Origin: an uncultured Gammaproteobacteria bacterium
GTDB taxonomy: Bacteria > Pseudomonadota > Gammaproteobacteria > CAWCPV01
Direction of reading: 5' to 3'
DNA: 64,000 nucleotides
Assembly (NCBI GenBank): GCA_963797555.1
Contig: CAWCPV010000005.1
Span: forward strand, 128,001 to 192,000
Shown: piece after piece, positions 43,204 to 58,990 of the stretch
Layout of the letters: every line of letters starts with the position of its first letter
Position numbering within the stretch: the stretch's first letter is position 1
Made by a program: the position numbers and the translations under genes
Notes under the pieces: model-generated
What the model was told of the DNA's origin: nothing
Databases searched by the model: none
The model's input: only the letters and a program-made list of their open reading frames with translations

Positions 43204-43540
43204 TGTCTGTTCCTCCTTCTCAATGTTGTAGGGTGGCGGTACGTCGTGCCCCGGCGCATACTTCTGTTGTATTTCCGTCCTGGCGCGTATCGTAGTGTAC
43301 TGCATGAGTTGCAAAATATCCAGATACCGTATGGGTAGACTTGGTGCTCGTCGGACACGACTCCCGTTCCGGGGCCGTGCCGGACGCCACCGAGTCCCAC
43401 CGCCGGCGCGGTCCTCTCGCACGCGGGTGCGTCCATTATTTCGGAGAAATGCGGATCATCGTTGAAGTCCGCATCGAATTTCACTAGCATTTGTGTACTC
43501 GTCGCACATCCGAATCTACCGCCTGCTTCAGGATCCTTCC

Positions 43541-44135
43541 ATGGCCGACCGAACGGCCACCGTTACCCGCCAGACCTCAGAGACCCGAGTCGAGGTGATC
43601 CTCGGCCTCGACGGGTGCGGTAGCGCCGGGCTTGAGACGGGGATCCCCTTCCTGGACCATATGCTGGACCAAGTCGTGAGACACGGGATGCTGGATCTCA
43701 GAGTGAAAGCCTCAGGGGATCTCCACGTTGACGCCCACCACACCGTCGAGGACATCGGTATCTGCCTCGGGCAGGCACTGGTGCGCGCTGTCGGAGACAA
43801 GACGGGCATCCGGCGTTATGGTCACGCTTACGTGCCGCTGGACGAGACACTGGCTCGGGCGGTGGTCAACGTCTCCGGAACATCCCAGTCTTGAGTATCA
43901 CGTCCATTTCCCCAGGGCGCGCATAGGCGCCTTCGATGTGGATCTCGTCCGCGAGTTTTTCCAAGGTTTTGCGAACCACGCACAGGTGACCGTGCATATC
44001 GACCTGATGCGCGGCCGCAACGCTCACCACATCGCCGAAGCCGTGTTCAAAGCTTTCGGGCGCGCGCTGCGCATGGCGGTGGAACTGGATCCCCGTATGC
44101 GGGGGGCATTGCCGTCCACCAAGGGAAGCCTGTGA
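43541..44135 (+). CDS. hisB: Imidazoleglycerol-phosphate dehydratase (single frameshift ~43880)
   Basis: [30 protein letters not shown] in two overlapping frames. Confidence 0.92.
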
Positions 44136-44160
44136 GCCGACGCATTCTCCGAGTTCCTTC

Positions 44161-44808
44161 ATGAGCACGGTCGCGGTGATAGACTACGGGATGGGGAACC
44201 TCCGCTCGGTAACCAAGGCGCTGGAGCACGTGGCCGAGAGCACCCGAATCGTCGTGAGCGCCGAACCGGCCGCGGTCATGGCAGCCTCGCACGTTGTTTT
44301 CCCTGGAGTAGGAGCGATCCGGGATTGCATGCACGAGTTGCATCGCTCCGGTCTTGACGAGGTGGTGCGCGAGTGCGCTCACACGAGGCCCTTCCTGGGG
44401 GTCTGTCTTGGGCTGCAAGCCCTGCTCGAGTTCAGCGAGGAAAACCAAGGGACACCGGGTCTGGGGGTGCTTCCGGGTACCGTGCGGCGTTTCCCGGACC
44501 ACACGGCAGATCGTGGCGGTACGGCGAAGCTCAAGATTCCCCACATGGGCTGGAACGAGGTCCATCAGGCATTCCAGCACCCGCTATGGCACGGTATTGC
44601 TCAGGACAGCCGCTTCTATTTCGTCCACAGCTACTACGTCGAGCCGCGCGACCAAGCGCTGGCGGCGGCCACCACGAGTTACGGGTTGGGCTTTGCCTCT
44701 GCCCTCGCCCATGGCAACGTGTTCGCGGTGCAGTTCCATCCGGAGAAGAGCCAGGATGTCGGGCTCACGCTCCTACAGAACTTCTTGAGGTGGGACGGCG
44801 CCTCCTGA
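44161..44808 (+). CDS. hisH: IGP synthase glutaminase subunit
   Basis: DYGMGNL, GVCLG, PHMGWN, QFHPEKS. Confidence 0.97.
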   Translation: MSTVAVIDYGMGNLRSVTKALEHVAESTRIVVSAEPAAVMAASHVVFPGVGAIRDCMHELHRSGLDEVVRECAHTRPFLGVCLGLQALLEFSEENQGTPGLGVLPGTVRRFPDHTADRGGTAKLKIPHMGWNEVHQAFQHPLWHGIAQDSRFYFVHSYYVEPRDQALAAATTSYGLGFASALAHGNVFAVQFHPEKSQDVGLTLLQNFLRWDGAS

Positions 44809-44968
44809 ATTCGGAACAGTCGGCTAGGACAGCGGTCGCGCCTGATTTCACAGCGACTTGCTTAAGATACCAAGCACTCCAACAGGGAGAGCACCTCTGG
44901 CTTGACGACCTCGCCGCACTGCGGCCGCAGTCCACGACGGTCCATCGCCATCCCCCGAGGAACATGAG

Positions 44969-45706
44969 ATGTTGTTGATCCCTGCCATTGACCTCAAAGA
45001 CGGCAAATGCGTTCGCTTGCGTCAAGGGCGCATGGAGGAGGAGACGGTGTTTTCGGACGATCCCGTAGCCGTCGCTACCCGCTGGGTCGAGGCCGGAGCC
45101 GAGCGCTTGCACATCGTGGACCTGAACGGTGCGTTCTCGGGGCACCCCGTAAACATCGATATCGTCCGTCGCATCGCCAGCGAGCACTCCCACATTACGC
45201 TGCAGGTAGGCGGTGGAATCCGCGACGAGGAGACCATCCAGACTTATCTGGACTCGGGCGTCCGTTACGTCATCCTAGGTACCAAGGCCGTCACCGCGCC
45301 CCACTTTCTGAGCGACGCCTGCCTGGAGTTCCCGGGGCACATTCTGGTGGGCCTGGACGCGCGCGATGGAAAGGTGGCAGTGGACGGTTGGTCCAAGCTG
45401 TCGCACCACGGCATCCTCGACTTGGCGAGGCGGTTCGAAAGAGATGGGGTGGAGGGCATCATCTACACCGATATCGCTCGCGATGGCATGCTGACCGGCT
45501 TGAACGTGCAGGCGACCGTCCATCTTGCCCGCTCCACGAAGCTACCTGTCATCGCCGCCGGCGGCGTCGGAAGCCTGGATGACATCCGAGCCCTCTGCCA
45601 GGCGTCCGGAGACGGGGTGGTAGGGGCTATACTCGGACGGGCACTGTATAGCGGTAACGTGGACTTCACAGAGGCACAGAGGCTTGCCGCGGAGTGCTCC
45701 GGCTGA
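44969..45706 (+). CDS. hisA: ProFAR isomerase
   Basis: [27 protein letters not shown]. Confidence 0.97.
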   Translation: MLLIPAIDLKDGKCVRLRQGRMEEETVFSDDPVAVATRWVEAGAERLHIVDLNGAFSGHPVNIDIVRRIASEHSHITLQVGGGIRDEETIQTYLDSGVRYVILGTKAVTAPHFLSDACLEFPGHILVGLDARDGKVAVDGWSKLSHHGILDLARRFERDGVEGIIYTDIARDGMLTGLNVQATVHLARSTKLPVIAAGGVGSLDDIRALCQASGDGVVGAILGRALYSGNVDFTEAQRLAAECSG

Positions 45707-45708
45707 AC

Positions 45709-46479
45709 ATGGCGCTGGCAAAACGCATCATCCCCTGCCTCGATGTAGACCAAGGCCGCGTGGTCAAGGGGACGCGCTTCCTGGAGATCCGCGACGCGGG
45801 GGACCCGGTGGCGGTGGCGGCGCGTTATGACCGGGAAGGCGCGGACGAGCTCACTTTTCTGGACATTACCGCGAGCGCCCATGGTCGCGATACCATTCTC
45901 CACGTCGTGGAGAATGTCGCTGTCCAGGTGTTTATCCCGTTGACGGTCGGTGGAGGGATCCGTAGCCTTGGCGACATACGCCGGCTGCTGAACGCGGGAG
46001 CCGACAAGGTCGCCATCAACACGGCCGCTGTCACGAACCCCGAGTTCGTTGGGGAGGCCGCCGCACGCTTCGGATCCCAATGCATCGTGGTGGCCATCGA
46101 CGCCAAGCAGGTAGCGAACGATCCGGCGCGATGGGAAATATTTACGCATGGCGGCCGCAAGGCCACCGGCATCGACGCCGTCGCCTGGGCATCGCAAATG
46201 GCGCAGTTTGGCGCAGGGGAGATCCTGCTGACCAGCATGGACCGGGACGGCACGCGCATGGGTTTCGATCTCGCCCTGACCAGAGAGGTCAGCGACGCGG
46301 TGGCCGTGCCCGTCATCGCCTCCGGTGGAGTGGGCACGCTCGATCACTTGGTCGAGGGCATTGTCGAGGGAAAGGCGGACGCGGTCCTCGCCGCCAGCAT
46401 ATTCCATTACGCCGAATACACCCTGCAGCAGGCCAAGCGCCACTTGGCCACGCATGGTGTAGTGGTGCGCCTGGTGTGA
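45709..46479 (+). CDS. hisF: IGP synthase cyclase subunit
   Basis: [22 protein letters not shown]. Confidence 0.98.
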   Translation: MALAKRIIPCLDVDQGRVVKGTRFLEIRDAGDPVAVAARYDREGADELTFLDITASAHGRDTILHVVENVAVQVFIPLTVGGGIRSLGDIRRLLNAGADKVAINTAAVTNPEFVGEAAARFGSQCIVVAIDAKQVANDPARWEIFTHGGRKATGIDAVAWASQMAQFGAGEILLTSMDRDGTRMGFDLALTREVSDAVAVPVIASGGVGTLDHLVEGIVEGKADAVLAASIFHYAEYTLQQAKRHLATHGVVVRLV

Positions 46480-46483
46480 CGGC

Positions 46484-46876
46484 GTGAATACTTGGCTGGA
46501 TCAGGTCAAATGGACGAAGGACGGTCTGGTACCCGTCATCGCCCAAGATGGGGCGACAGGAAGGGTGCTCATGTTCGCCTGGATGAGTCGTGAGGCCCTT
46601 AGCTTGACGGCTCAGGAAGGCCGGGCAGTGTACTGGTCGCGATCCCGCAACAGGCTGTGGCGCAAGGGCGAGGAGTCGGGTCATGTCCAGCGCGTGCGGC
46701 GCATCGCCCTGGACTGTGACAATGACGTTGTCTTGCTGACGGTGGAGCAAGAGGGCGGTATCGCCTGCCACACCGGGAGGCAGAGCTGTTTTTTCCAGCA
46801 ACTCATGAGCGATCGTTGGGTGACGGTGGACGCCGTGCTCAAGTCGCCGGATGCCATTTACCGGGCGAGGGAATAG
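46484..46876 (+). CDS. hisI: Phosphoribosyl-AMP cyclohydrolase
   Basis: [24 protein letters not shown]. Confidence 0.96.
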   Translation: MNTWLDQVKWTKDGLVPVIAQDGATGRVLMFAWMSREALSLTAQEGRAVYWSRSRNRLWRKGEESGHVQRVRRIALDCDNDVVLLTVEQEGGIACHTGRQSCFFQQLMSDRWVTVDAVLKSPDAIYRARE

Positions 46877-47191
46877 ATCTTGGAGGGGCCTTACGGACGC
46901 TGACGACGGTTTTCGAAGAGCGCGAGGGTGGCGCGTCCGGGATGTCGTGTGTCACCCGCCTGGATGCGCTATCCAAGAAGATCGGCGAGGAGGCATTTGG
47001 AATTGGCCATCGCCGCTAAGGACCCCGATCCCGAGCACATCGTCCGCGAGGCTGCCGACCTCTGGCTCCATACGTAGGCGGTACTCGCCCGTCTCAACCT
47101 CCGGCCCGAGTTGGTTCTTCGCGGGCTGGAGCGGCTCTTCGGTACGTCCGGGCTCGACGAGAAGGCCACACGTACCCGACACACTGGGTGA
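46873..47191 (+). pseudogene. hisE: Phosphoribosyl-ATP pyrophosphatase, degenerate
   Basis: KKIGEEA, then frameshift, AAKD..EAADLWLHT-TAG-..FGTSGLDEKA; no good start codon. Confidence 0.85.
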
Positions 47192-47259
47192 GCCGTCGGT
47201 TCCTTGTGGGGGGCCACGCGTGCCGCCTTTCAGCCAGCCCGGCCTATAAGGAGGAAGCT

Positions 47260-47598
47260 ATGCCTGAGGGTTGTCTCTTCTGTAAGATTGCGCGTGGCGA
47301 CCTTCCGTCGGACTTTGTCTACGAGGACGGGGATGTGGTAGTGTTTAAAGACATCCACCCCAAAGCTCCCGTCCACCTCCTAGTCGTTCCCCGTCTGCAC
47401 ATCCCAAGCCTGGAGGACTTGCAGGTCGGGCACGACGCCCTGATCGGTCGGGCCGTCCGCCTGCTCCCGGAGTTGGCCCAGGCACACGGCCTGAGGGACG
47501 GGTTCCGCACCGTCATTAACACCGGGCGCGGCGGCGGACAGGAGATATTCCACCTGCACATCCACCTGCTGGGCGGCGGACGCCTGCCCGGGTTCTGA
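47260..47598 (+). CDS. HIT-family nucleotide-binding protein
   Basis: [15 protein letters not shown]. Confidence 0.95.
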   Translation: MPEGCLFCKIARGDLPSDFVYEDGDVVVFKDIHPKAPVHLLVVPRLHIPSLEDLQVGHDALIGRAVRLLPELAQAHGLRDGFRTVINTGRGGGQEIFHLHIHLLGGGRLPGF

Positions 47599-47615
47599 GA
47601 CGACTGGAGGTCGTG

Positions 47616-47846
47616 ATGGGTATCAGTATCTGGCAACTGCTGATCGTTTTCTTGATTGTTGTGGTGCTATTCGGGACCAGCAAACTCCGCAACATCGGCG
47701 GCGACCTAGGCGCCGCGATCAAAAACTTCCGTGAGTCCATGCGCGAAGGCGAGCAATCAGCCGGTGACGCCGAGCACATCGAGCAGAAGGAACAGGGGCG
47801 CGTGATAGACGGCGAGGTCACCGGCCGACGCAAGGAGAAGGTGTGA
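47616..47846 (+). CDS. tatA: Tat translocase TatA
   Basis: [22 protein letters not shown]. Confidence 0.96.
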   Translation: MGISIWQLLIVFLIVVVLFGTSKLRNIGGDLGAAIKNFRESMREGEQSAGDAEHIEQKEQGRVIDGEVTGRRKEKV

Positions 47847-47850
47847 TGCC

Positions 47851-48195
47851 ATGTTTGACATTGGTTTCTGGGAGATCACCGTCGTACTGGTGGTGGCCCT
47901 AATAGTCGTCGGACCCGAGCGATTGCCTGGCCTCGTGCGCACGGTCGGGTACTGGGTGGGCAAGGCGCGCCGCTTCGTAGCCACGGTGAAGGCAGATATC
48001 GAGCGGGAGCTGAACACAGAGGAGCTGCGAAGTCTCCTCGACAAGCAGTCGCGGGAAATGGCGGATCTCCGCGAGATGCTTGACGAAACGAAAGCGGCAG
48101 TGGACGCGAGACACCTCGCCCAGCGCCCTGCGGAGAAAGACCGGTCGCGCACGGATCAGGGCGACGGCCTGCCACCCCATGACCCCCCGCAGTAA
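47851..48195 (+). CDS. tatB: Tat translocase TatB
   Basis: [14 protein letters not shown]. Confidence 0.96.
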   Translation: MFDIGFWEITVVLVVALIVVGPERLPGLVRTVGYWVGKARRFVATVKADIERELNTEELRSLLDKQSREMADLREMLDETKAAVDARHLAQRPAEKDRSRTDQGDGLPPHDPPQ

Positions 48196-49090
48196 CCCAC
48201 CTCCCGGCGGGGCCGAACAGTCCTTTATTTCGCACCTGATCGAGCTGCGCAGCCGCCTGTTGCGCAGCGTGCTAACCGTGATTGTGCTCCTGGCCGCCCT
48301 GATGCCGTTCTCCCAGAGGATTTACACGCTGCTGGCGGACCCTCTTATGCGTCATCTGCCAAAGGGAGCGACCATGATCGCTACTGAGGTCGCCTCCCCC
48401 TTCCTGACACCGTTCAAGCTGACCTTGGTCGTCGCTATCGTTCTGGCGATGCCCATGATCCTCTACCAGATCTGGGCCTTCGTCGCGCCGGGGCTTTATC
48501 AGAGCGAACGGCGCATCGTTCTCCCGCTGGTAGTCTCTAGCGCTGCACTCTTTTACCTCGGAATGGCATTCGCGTACTACGTCGTATTCCCAATGGTTTT
48601 CGCCTTCTTTACCTCCGCCGCTCCCGAGGGGGTGACGGTGATGACCGACATCAACAAGTACCTCGATTTCGTCCTGACGCTGTTCTTCGCCTTCGGCGTG
48701 GCGTTCGAGGTTCCCGTAGCGACGGTGCTGCTGGTGTGGGCAGGCATCACTTCACCGGAGGCATTGGTTGCCAAGAGACCATACATCATCGTCGCGGCCT
48801 TCGTGATCGGTATGCTCCTCACCCCTCCGGACGTGATTTCGCAAACCTTACTAGCCGTGCCCATGTGGATGCTGTTCGAGCTCGGGGTAGTGCTCAGCCG
48901 GTGGCTTCTGCGGACTCAGCTCCAAAAAGCAACGCATCCGGCCTCTTCCGGTGCCGTTCCCGACACGGATCTGGATCGCGAACTGCAAAGTATCGAGCTC
49001 ATAGAGCAGCAGTTCGCGGAAGGCCCACCATCGGGTCGGCCACCCGGTGACCCGAACGGCGGACACCGGCCGAATGACGGCTCGCCCTAA
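48179..49090 (+). CDS. tatC: Tat translocase TatC
   Basis: [22 protein letters not shown]. Confidence 0.97.
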   Translation: MTPRSNPPPGGAEQSFISHLIELRSRLLRSVLTVIVLLAALMPFSQRIYTLLADPLMRHLPKGATMIATEVASPFLTPFKLTLVVAIVLAMPMILYQIWAFVAPGLYQSERRIVLPLVVSSAALFYLGMAFAYYVVFPMVFAFFTSAAPEGVTVMTDINKYLDFVLTLFFAFGVAFEVPVATVLLVWAGITSPEALVAKRPYIIVAAFVIGMLLTPPDVISQTLLAVPMWMLFELGVVLSRWLLRTQLQKATHPASSGAVPDTDLDRELQSIELIEQQFAEGPPSGRPPGDPNGGHRPNDGSP

Positions 49091-49109
49091 CGGAGGACGT
49101 TACGTCCAG

Positions 49110-49210
49110 TCACGTATTCGCCCTATGGCGAGCAGAGCGGCCCCGAGTGCGCGTTACCCTGCTCAGATGCCGCTCCTGGCATTCTCGTACGCCAACTCCT
49201 TGGCGCTCAT
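49110..49210 (-). pseudogene. radC: Probable radC 5' remnant
   Basis: Divergent from coaBC, the canonical radC site; fragments MSAKEL / QERHLSR / ALGAALLAI resemble MSIKDW..PRERLL..ALSDAELLAI. Confidence 0.4.
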
Positions 49211-49265
49211 GGGCGTCCACCGGCGAGCTTGCTAGGATAGTCCCTGGGGTATAAACAGACCGGCG

Positions 49266-50492
49266 ATGGAACCACTTTACGGTCGGCGCGTATTGGTCGG
49301 CGTGACCGCCAGCATTGCCGCATACAAGAGCTGCGAGCTGGTTCGGCGTCTACGCGATCATGGCGCCGAGCCGCGCGTCGTGCTCACCCCCGCGGCCTCG
49401 GAGTTCGTCGGTACCGTTACCTTTCAGGCTCTGAGCGGGCAACCTGTACGGGTGCTGCTGCTGGATGCGGAGGCCGAGGCTGGCATGAACCACATCGTCC
49501 TCGCCCGGTGGCCCGAGGCCATCCTGGTGGCGCCGGCGACCGCGGATTTTTTAGCCCGGCTCGCCCACGGCCTGGCCGATGATCTGTTGACAACCCTGTG
49601 CCTCGCGACTACAGCGCCGCTCGCCGTGGCTCCGGCCATGAACCACCAGATGTGGGTCAACCCCGCCACACAGGCCAATTGCAGTCTGCTGCGCGAGCGC
49701 GGGATCACCGTGTTGGGCCCGGCGGAGGGAGAACAGGCCTGCGGGGACACCGGCACCGGTCGCATGCTGGAGCCCGAACTGCTGCTGCAGCATCTAGCAC
49801 GAACGCTGTCTCCGCAGTACCTCACGGGGCTACGGGTGCTGGTCAGCGCCGGCCCTACCCGAGAGGATATCGATCCGGTTCGTTTCATCAGCAACCGCAG
49901 TTCCGGGAAGATGGGGTTCGCCATCGGGCAGGCCGCCGCCGAGGCGGGCGGCGACGTGACTCTCGTGACAGGACCGGTAGCACTTTGCACGCCAGCCGGA
50001 GTACACCGTGTGGACGTCCAGAGCGCGTCCGAAATGCGCAGAGCGGTTCTGTCCCGGGTCCGTTCCAACCATATCTTCATCGCAGCGGCCGCTGTGGCGG
50101 ACCACGTCCCGGAGCACCGCGCGGACCACAAGCTGAAAAGGACACCCTATGGCCTGGATCTCAGCCTCGTCCCAGCCCCCGACATCCTGGGGCAAGTCGC
50201 GGGTCTTCGGCGCCGCCCCTTCGTCGTAGGATTTGCAGCCGAGACCGAAGATCTGCAGACGCGCGCCCGAGCGAAGCTGAGGGCGAAGGGGCTCGACGTA
50301 ATAGCCGCCAACTTGGTGGGTACCGAAGGGACTGGCTTCGAAAGCGACGAGAATTCCCTTACGGTGCTGTGGGATAACGGAAAGCACGACATTCCGCGCG
50401 CCTCCAAGCTTGCGGTAGCTCGGGAACTCGTGCAACTGGTCAGTGATCGATACCGTGAGAAGAAAGGTTCAGATCAAAATCCTGGATCCTAG
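49266..50492 (+). CDS. coaBC: PPC decarboxylase / PPC synthetase
   Basis: [33 protein letters not shown]. Confidence 0.96.
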   Translation: MEPLYGRRVLVGVTASIAAYKSCELVRRLRDHGAEPRVVLTPAASEFVGTVTFQALSGQPVRVLLLDAEAEAGMNHIVLARWPEAILVAPATADFLARLAHGLADDLLTTLCLATTAPLAVAPAMNHQMWVNPATQANCSLLRERGITVLGPAEGEQACGDTGTGRMLEPELLLQHLARTLSPQYLTGLRVLVSAGPTREDIDPVRFISNRSSGKMGFAIGQAAAEAGGDVTLVTGPVALCTPAGVHRVDVQSASEMRRAVLSRVRSNHIFIAAAAVADHVPEHRADHKLKRTPYGLDLSLVPAPDILGQVAGLRRRPFVVGFAAETEDLQTRARAKLRAKGLDVIAANLVGTEGTGFESDENSLTVLWDNGKHDIPRASKLAVARELVQLVSDRYREKKGSDQNPGS

Positions 50493-50913
50493 GCTCGGTA
50501 AGGAATTCCCTCTGCCACGGTACGCTACGGAAGGTGCCGCAGCATTGGATCTACGCGCCTGCCTGAAGTCCGCCCTGCGCATCGAGCCCGGAGAGACGCA
50601 TTTGATCCAGAGCGGTGTGGCTGTGTACATCGCTGACCCCTCGCTCGCCGGCGTACTGATCCCACGGTCCGGGTTGGGCCATCGCCACGGCATCGTCTTG
50701 GGCAACTTGGTGGGCCTCATCGATTCAGACTACCAGGGCGAGATCTTGGTCTCTTGCTGGAACCGTGGCCGCGAACCCTTTACTATCCAGGTAGGTGAGC
50801 GCATCGCTCAACTGATGTTGGTCCCCGTTGCAAAGGTGGACTTCGACATCGTAGCGGAGTTTGCTGCCACCGCTCGCGGCGAGCAGGGTTTCGGCCATTC
50901 GGGCCGGCATTGA
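50455..50913 (+). CDS. dut: dUTP diphosphatase
   Basis: [30 protein letters not shown]. Confidence 0.97.
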   Translation: MRRKVQIKILDPRLGKEFPLPRYATEGAAALDLRACLKSALRIEPGETHLIQSGVAVYIADPSLAGVLIPRSGLGHRHGIVLGNLVGLIDSDYQGEILVSCWNRGREPFTIQVGERIAQLMLVPVAKVDFDIVAEFAATARGEQGFGHSGRH

Positions 50914-50972
50914 GAGAGAAACGAGTAGTCATCGGGAAGCAGACTGGTCAGAGGGCGTGGCAATCCGCCGCG

Positions 50973-53444
50973 ATGTGTCGGTTCCCACTGCTCTATGCGC
51001 TACTGGCCCTGGCCGCGTGCGGCGGCGGTTCCCAGGCGGTCCCTGGCGCACAGGCGGGCAGGGAGCGAGGGGCGGCAACACCCCCTCAGATTGCGTCGGT
51101 CGCAGACGCGCTCGCGCGACGCGTCCAGGGCCTGCGGGAGGAGCTACGGATCCACACGCTGGACGGGCGCGTGCGCGACGCATTACGCAGCCAACGTCCG
51201 CAGGACGTAGCTACCGCTGAGCGGTCTCTGCGCGGGAGCCTTCCGCAGGCCATCGCGGTGCGCGTGGTGGGGCGCGATTGGATGCGGCTCCTGCCGAAGG
51301 CAGGCCCGAATCTGCACTTGGCGGACATCGACATGGTACGGCGAGCCGAAACCACCGGGCATCCGCCTCCCGCGGAGGTCCATCGCATTGGCAAGCCGGA
51401 CGCACATGTCACCCTTGTCGAGCCGGTGCTGGACGCAAGCGGAGAGGTCCTCGGGGCCATCGTCGCCGCCTGGCCCTGGACACTCTTTCGGGAACCGTTC
51501 GATGACGCGAAATACCCACAGGGACTGGGCCTCGTTCAGACCGTCGGAGGTCGGGACGAGGTGGTCATCAAGGGAAGGAGCGGACTGCGCCCCGGGGTGC
51601 GAACCGCCGCCCTGCCAGTCCCGGGCGCTGCCTGGAAACTCACGTACTGGCGTGCTCCCCCGGGCACGTCAGCGGACAGATTGGCAGCGGACTTCGTGGG
51701 CGGAGCACTCCTCCTGGGAGGCATCCTGTTCGGGGTCTGGGTCGCGCTGCGGCGTCGACAACGTTCACGCGAATACGTCGCGTGGCCGCGCGCGGGCGGC
51801 GACCAAAACGCGCCGCTGACGTTGGATCCCGCCGCCAGTTGCCACAACCAGGCGCTGGTCGATTCCGAGCCACGCGCCTCGGAGCAGCTACCCGGCGAGC
51901 CAGTGGCAGATCTCGAGGCCAGCCCGATTGAGGTATCCCATGGCAATGGCACCCGAGGTGCCGAAGTGTTGGAGGTCCTTGCGAGCGATAAGCCCGCAGC
52001 CAGCGGCGACGGGCGCGTTCCGGCTTCTATCTTCCGCGCCTATGACATTCGCGGCGTGGTGGGACAAACCTTAACACCGTACATTGTCTACGAGATTGGT
52101 CTGGCCATCGGCAGCGAAGCCCAGAAGCTCGGGGAACGACGCATCGTCGTTGGTCGCGATGGACGCCTGTCCGGGCCTGGCTTGGTGCGAGCGCTGGTCA
52201 ACGGTCTCAAGACCTCCGGCATGGAGGTACTGGACATCGGGATGGTGCCGACGCCGACCCTCTATTACGCCAGCGAACAACTACGCATCCCGTCCGGGGT
52301 TATGGTCACGGGAAGTCATAACCCTCCGGATTACAATGGCCTGAAGATCGTGCTCGGGGGTGAAACCTTAGCCGAAGCCGGTATCCAGCAGCTCCGGCAG
52401 CGCATCGAGACCCGAGATCTGCAATCAGTCGCACCCGTCGATGGATCATCCTCGAGCGGACCCCTCGGGACCGATGTTGGGCCCCTCGGATCGAATGTCA
52501 TCGCCGAATATGTGGGCAGAATACTAGACAAGGTCGTCATGGCCCGGCCCCTACGCGTGGTCGTGGACTGCGGGAACGGCGTCGCAGCCTTAGTGGTTCC
52601 GCGGCTGATCCGTGCCATGGGGTGTACGGTCGTCGAGCTGTTCTGCCAAGTCGATGGGCACTTTCCCAACCACCACCCCGATCCAAGCCAGCCCGAGAAC
52701 CTCGCCGCGTTGATCGAAAAGGTCTCTTCCGAAGGAGCGGATCTCGGTCTCGCGTTCGACGGCGATGGGGACAGATTGGGGGTGGTGGATAATCAGGGCC
52801 GGATCATCTGGCCAGACCGTCAAATGATGTTGTATGCGGCAGACGTGTTGACCAGGCATCCGGGCGCGACCATCATTTACGATGTCAAATGCACGGCCAA
52901 CCTCGAAGGGGTGATCCGCAACCGGGGCGGCCATCCTCTGATGTGGAAAACCGGACACTCCCTGATCAAAGCGAAGATGCGCGAGACAGGTGCTTTGCTG
53001 GCGGGAGAGATGAGCGGCCACATCTTCTTTCGCGACGACTGGTACGGCTTCGACGACGCCCCGTACGCCGCCGCCCGATTGCTCCAAATCCTGGGCCGCC
53101 AGCCCCACACCCCGAGCGCGGTGTTCGCCGCGTTGCCAGACGCCGTCAACACACCCGAGATGCGGATAGAGATGGCGGAGGGCGAGCACTTCGCTTTCAT
53201 GGACCGCGCGCTCGCGACGGTGGCCGCCGAGCCAGACCGGTGGTTTGCGGGTTCGGATATCACCACCATCGACGGGTTGCGTGTCGACTTCAAGGACCGC
53301 TGGGGCTTGGTGCGAGCCTCCAACACTACGCCCTCTTTAGTCCTGCGGTTCGAGGCCTTCAAGCCGGAGGGACTAGAGCAGATCAAGCGGACCTTCGGGG
53401 CATTCCTGCAAGTACTGGACCCTTCGCTACGCTTGCCTTTCTGA
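50973..53444 (+). CDS. algC: Phosphomannomutase/phosphoglucomutase with long N-terminal extension (start uncertain)
   Basis: FRAYDIRG, TGSHNP, FDGDGDR, GEMSGH, RASNT; ~350 aa extra N-terminal region. Confidence 0.9.
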   Translation: MCRFPLLYALLALAACGGGSQAVPGAQAGRERGAATPPQIASVADALARRVQGLREELRIHTLDGRVRDALRSQRPQDVATAERSLRGSLPQAIAVRVVGRDWMRLLPKAGPNLHLADIDMVRRAETTGHPPPAEVHRIGKPDAHVTLVEPVLDASGEVLGAIVAAWPWTLFREPFDDAKYPQGLGLVQTVGGRDEVVIKGRSGLRPGVRTAALPVPGAAWKLTYWRAPPGTSADRLAADFVGGALLLGGILFGVWVALRRRQRSREYVAWPRAGGDQNAPLTLDPAASCHNQALVDSEPRASEQLPGEPVADLEASPIEVSHGNGTRGAEVLEVLASDKPAASGDGRVPASIFRAYDIRGVVGQTLTPYIVYEIGLAIGSEAQKLGERRIVVGRDGRLSGPGLVRALVNGLKTSGMEVLDIGMVPTPTLYYASEQLRIPSGVMVTGSHNPPDYNGLKIVLGGETLAEAGIQQLRQRIETRDLQSVAPVDGSSSSGPLGTDVGPLGSNVIAEYVGRILDKVVMARPLRVVVDCGNGVAALVVPRLIRAMGCTVVELFCQVDGHFPNHHPDPSQPENLAALIEKVSSEGADLGLAFDGDGDRLGVVDNQGRIIWPDRQMMLYAADVLTRHPGATIIYDVKCTANLEGVIRNRGGHPLMWKTGHSLIKAKMRETGALLAGEMSGHIFFRDDWYGFDDAPYAAARLLQILGRQPHTPSAVFAALPDAVNTPEMRIEMAEGEHFAFMDRALATVAAEPDRWFAGSDITTIDGLRVDFKDRWGLVRASNTTPSLVLRFEAFKPEGLEQIKRTFGAFLQVLDPSLRLPF

Positions 53445-54347
<903 letters not shown>

Positions 54348-54349
54348 TA

Positions 54350-57558
<3,209 letters not shown>

Positions 57559-57593
57559 CTAGTGTTGCCTAGTCAGATTAGGAGTCTCCAAGC

Positions 57594-57632
57594 TCATTGT
57601 TCCACGTGGAACAACTGATTCGCCATCATCAT
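57594..57632 (-). pseudogene. recF: recF deletion scar (mini-ORF MMMANQLFHVEQ)
   Basis: Between dnaN and gyrB; FHVEQ is the RecF C-terminal motif. Confidence 0.6.
57598..57613. promoter_or_regulatory. parS centromere site
   Basis: Perfect palindrome TGTTCCACGTGGAACA matching the parS consensus, ~1.2 kb from oriC. Confidence 0.92.
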
Positions 57633-57634
57633 GC

Positions 57635-58738
57635 TCAAATCCGCATCGGCATGACAACATAGCGACTGGCATCATCGCCAGGCGTTTGGACCAGACAACT
57701 GCTGGCGGAATCCAGCAGCGTCAGCCTTACCTCCTCTGTACCGATTGAGCCGAGCACATCAAGGAGATAGTTGGCATTGAAGCCGATTTCCATCTCGCCC
57801 GCCTCGTAACAGACTTCCAACTCTTCTTCCGCCTCCTCCCGCTCTAGGTTGTGAGCCGATACCGTCAATCGCCCGGGCTTCAATTGGAGGCGCACCGTGC
57901 GGGACTGATCGCTGCTGAGGATAGCAACGCGAAGGAGCGCATTCCTCAGCGCCGAGCAGTTCGCCGTCAGAATCTTGTCATTGCCAAGCGGGACGACCCT
58001 CTCGTAATCGGGGAACCGCCCATCCACGAGCTTGGACGTAAATGTCAAGTGCGGCAGCGAGAACCTGATCTGATGCGTTCCCGCCCGAATCTCCACACGC
58101 GCCTCGGTGTTCTCCAGAACGCGGAGTAACTCCAACACCGCCTTACGCGGGACTATTAGCTGTAGTGGCTCGTCGAGCGTCAAGTCGACGCTCAGATCGC
58201 ACATGGCGAGACGATGCCCGTCTGTCGCAACGACCCGCAGGCGCCCAAGCGAGACCTCCATTAGCAACCCGTTCAGGTAATACCGCACATCCTGCTGGGC
58301 CATGCAGAAATATGTGCGGTCCATCAGGGAACGCAGATCCTTTTGCGCTAAAGCCACTACCGTGCCCTCGCCGGACTGCTCGCTACGGGGAAAATCTTGG
58401 ACGGGCAGGGTCGTCAGGCTGAACCGACTCCTCCCCGAACGCAGCACAGCCCTACCGGACTCTGCCGTTAACTCTACCACAGCCCCTTCGGGCAAGGCCC
58501 GAACGATCTCCAGGCACTTGCGCGCGGGTAGGGTGCATTCCCCCGCTCTGGCCTCGCTAAGCGGTATGGAGATGGCCACCCCTACTTCGAGGTCTGTGGC
58601 TTGCATCGTCAAGGAGTCAGCGGCCACTGATAGGAGGGTGTTCGCCAATATTGGAAGGGTCTGGCGACGTTCCATGATGTTGTTCACGAGCTGCAACGGC
58701 CGCAGCCACTCCTCACGCGGTATGCTTAGACTTATCAT
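57635..58738 (-). CDS. dnaN: DNA polymerase III beta clamp
   Basis: TLPILAN, DVRYYLNG, VATDGHRL, FPDY, VVMPMRI. Confidence 0.99.
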   Translation of the reverse strand: MISLSIPREEWLRPLQLVNNIMERRQTLPILANTLLSVAADSLTMQATDLEVGVAISIPLSEARAGECTLPARKCLEIVRALPEGAVVELTAESGRAVLRSGRSRFSLTTLPVQDFPRSEQSGEGTVVALAQKDLRSLMDRTYFCMAQQDVRYYLNGLLMEVSLGRLRVVATDGHRLAMCDLSVDLTLDEPLQLIVPRKAVLELLRVLENTEARVEIRAGTHQIRFSLPHLTFTSKLVDGRFPDYERVVPLGNDKILTANCSALRNALLRVAILSSDQSRTVRLQLKPGRLTVSAHNLEREEAEEELEVCYEAGEMEIGFNANYLLDVLGSIGTEEVRLTLLDSASSCLVQTPGDDASRYVVMPMRI

Positions 58739-58990
58739 TAAACTAACTTCAATATAACTTGGAATTGTTATTATAGATCCATGTTTGTCACGAGAGAACT
58801 AGGGGTTCTCTTTGCCCAACAAGTAGTTATCCTTTGAATTATCCTGTGGATAAGCTGGTATACACGGTGCCTGGCCTGTGGGTAACTATGGAACAAGGAA
58901 TAGCCCTATAACGGGCTGTTGTGGTCCTCAACAGGCTAGGCGGAGTTCCCAGACTGGATATCCCCATCAACTGCTGAGTATCTTCCACAG
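58739..58990. other. Probable oriC: DnaA boxes plus AT-rich unwinding element
   Basis: TGTGGATAA 58845-58853, TGTGGGTAA 58877-58885, further degenerate boxes, AT-rich tract 58735-58785 in high-GC DNA. Confidence 0.8.

Noticed and set aside
43875-43885. Programmed frameshifting in hisB
   Set aside because: No slippery heptamer; a single extra base is better explained by error or mutation
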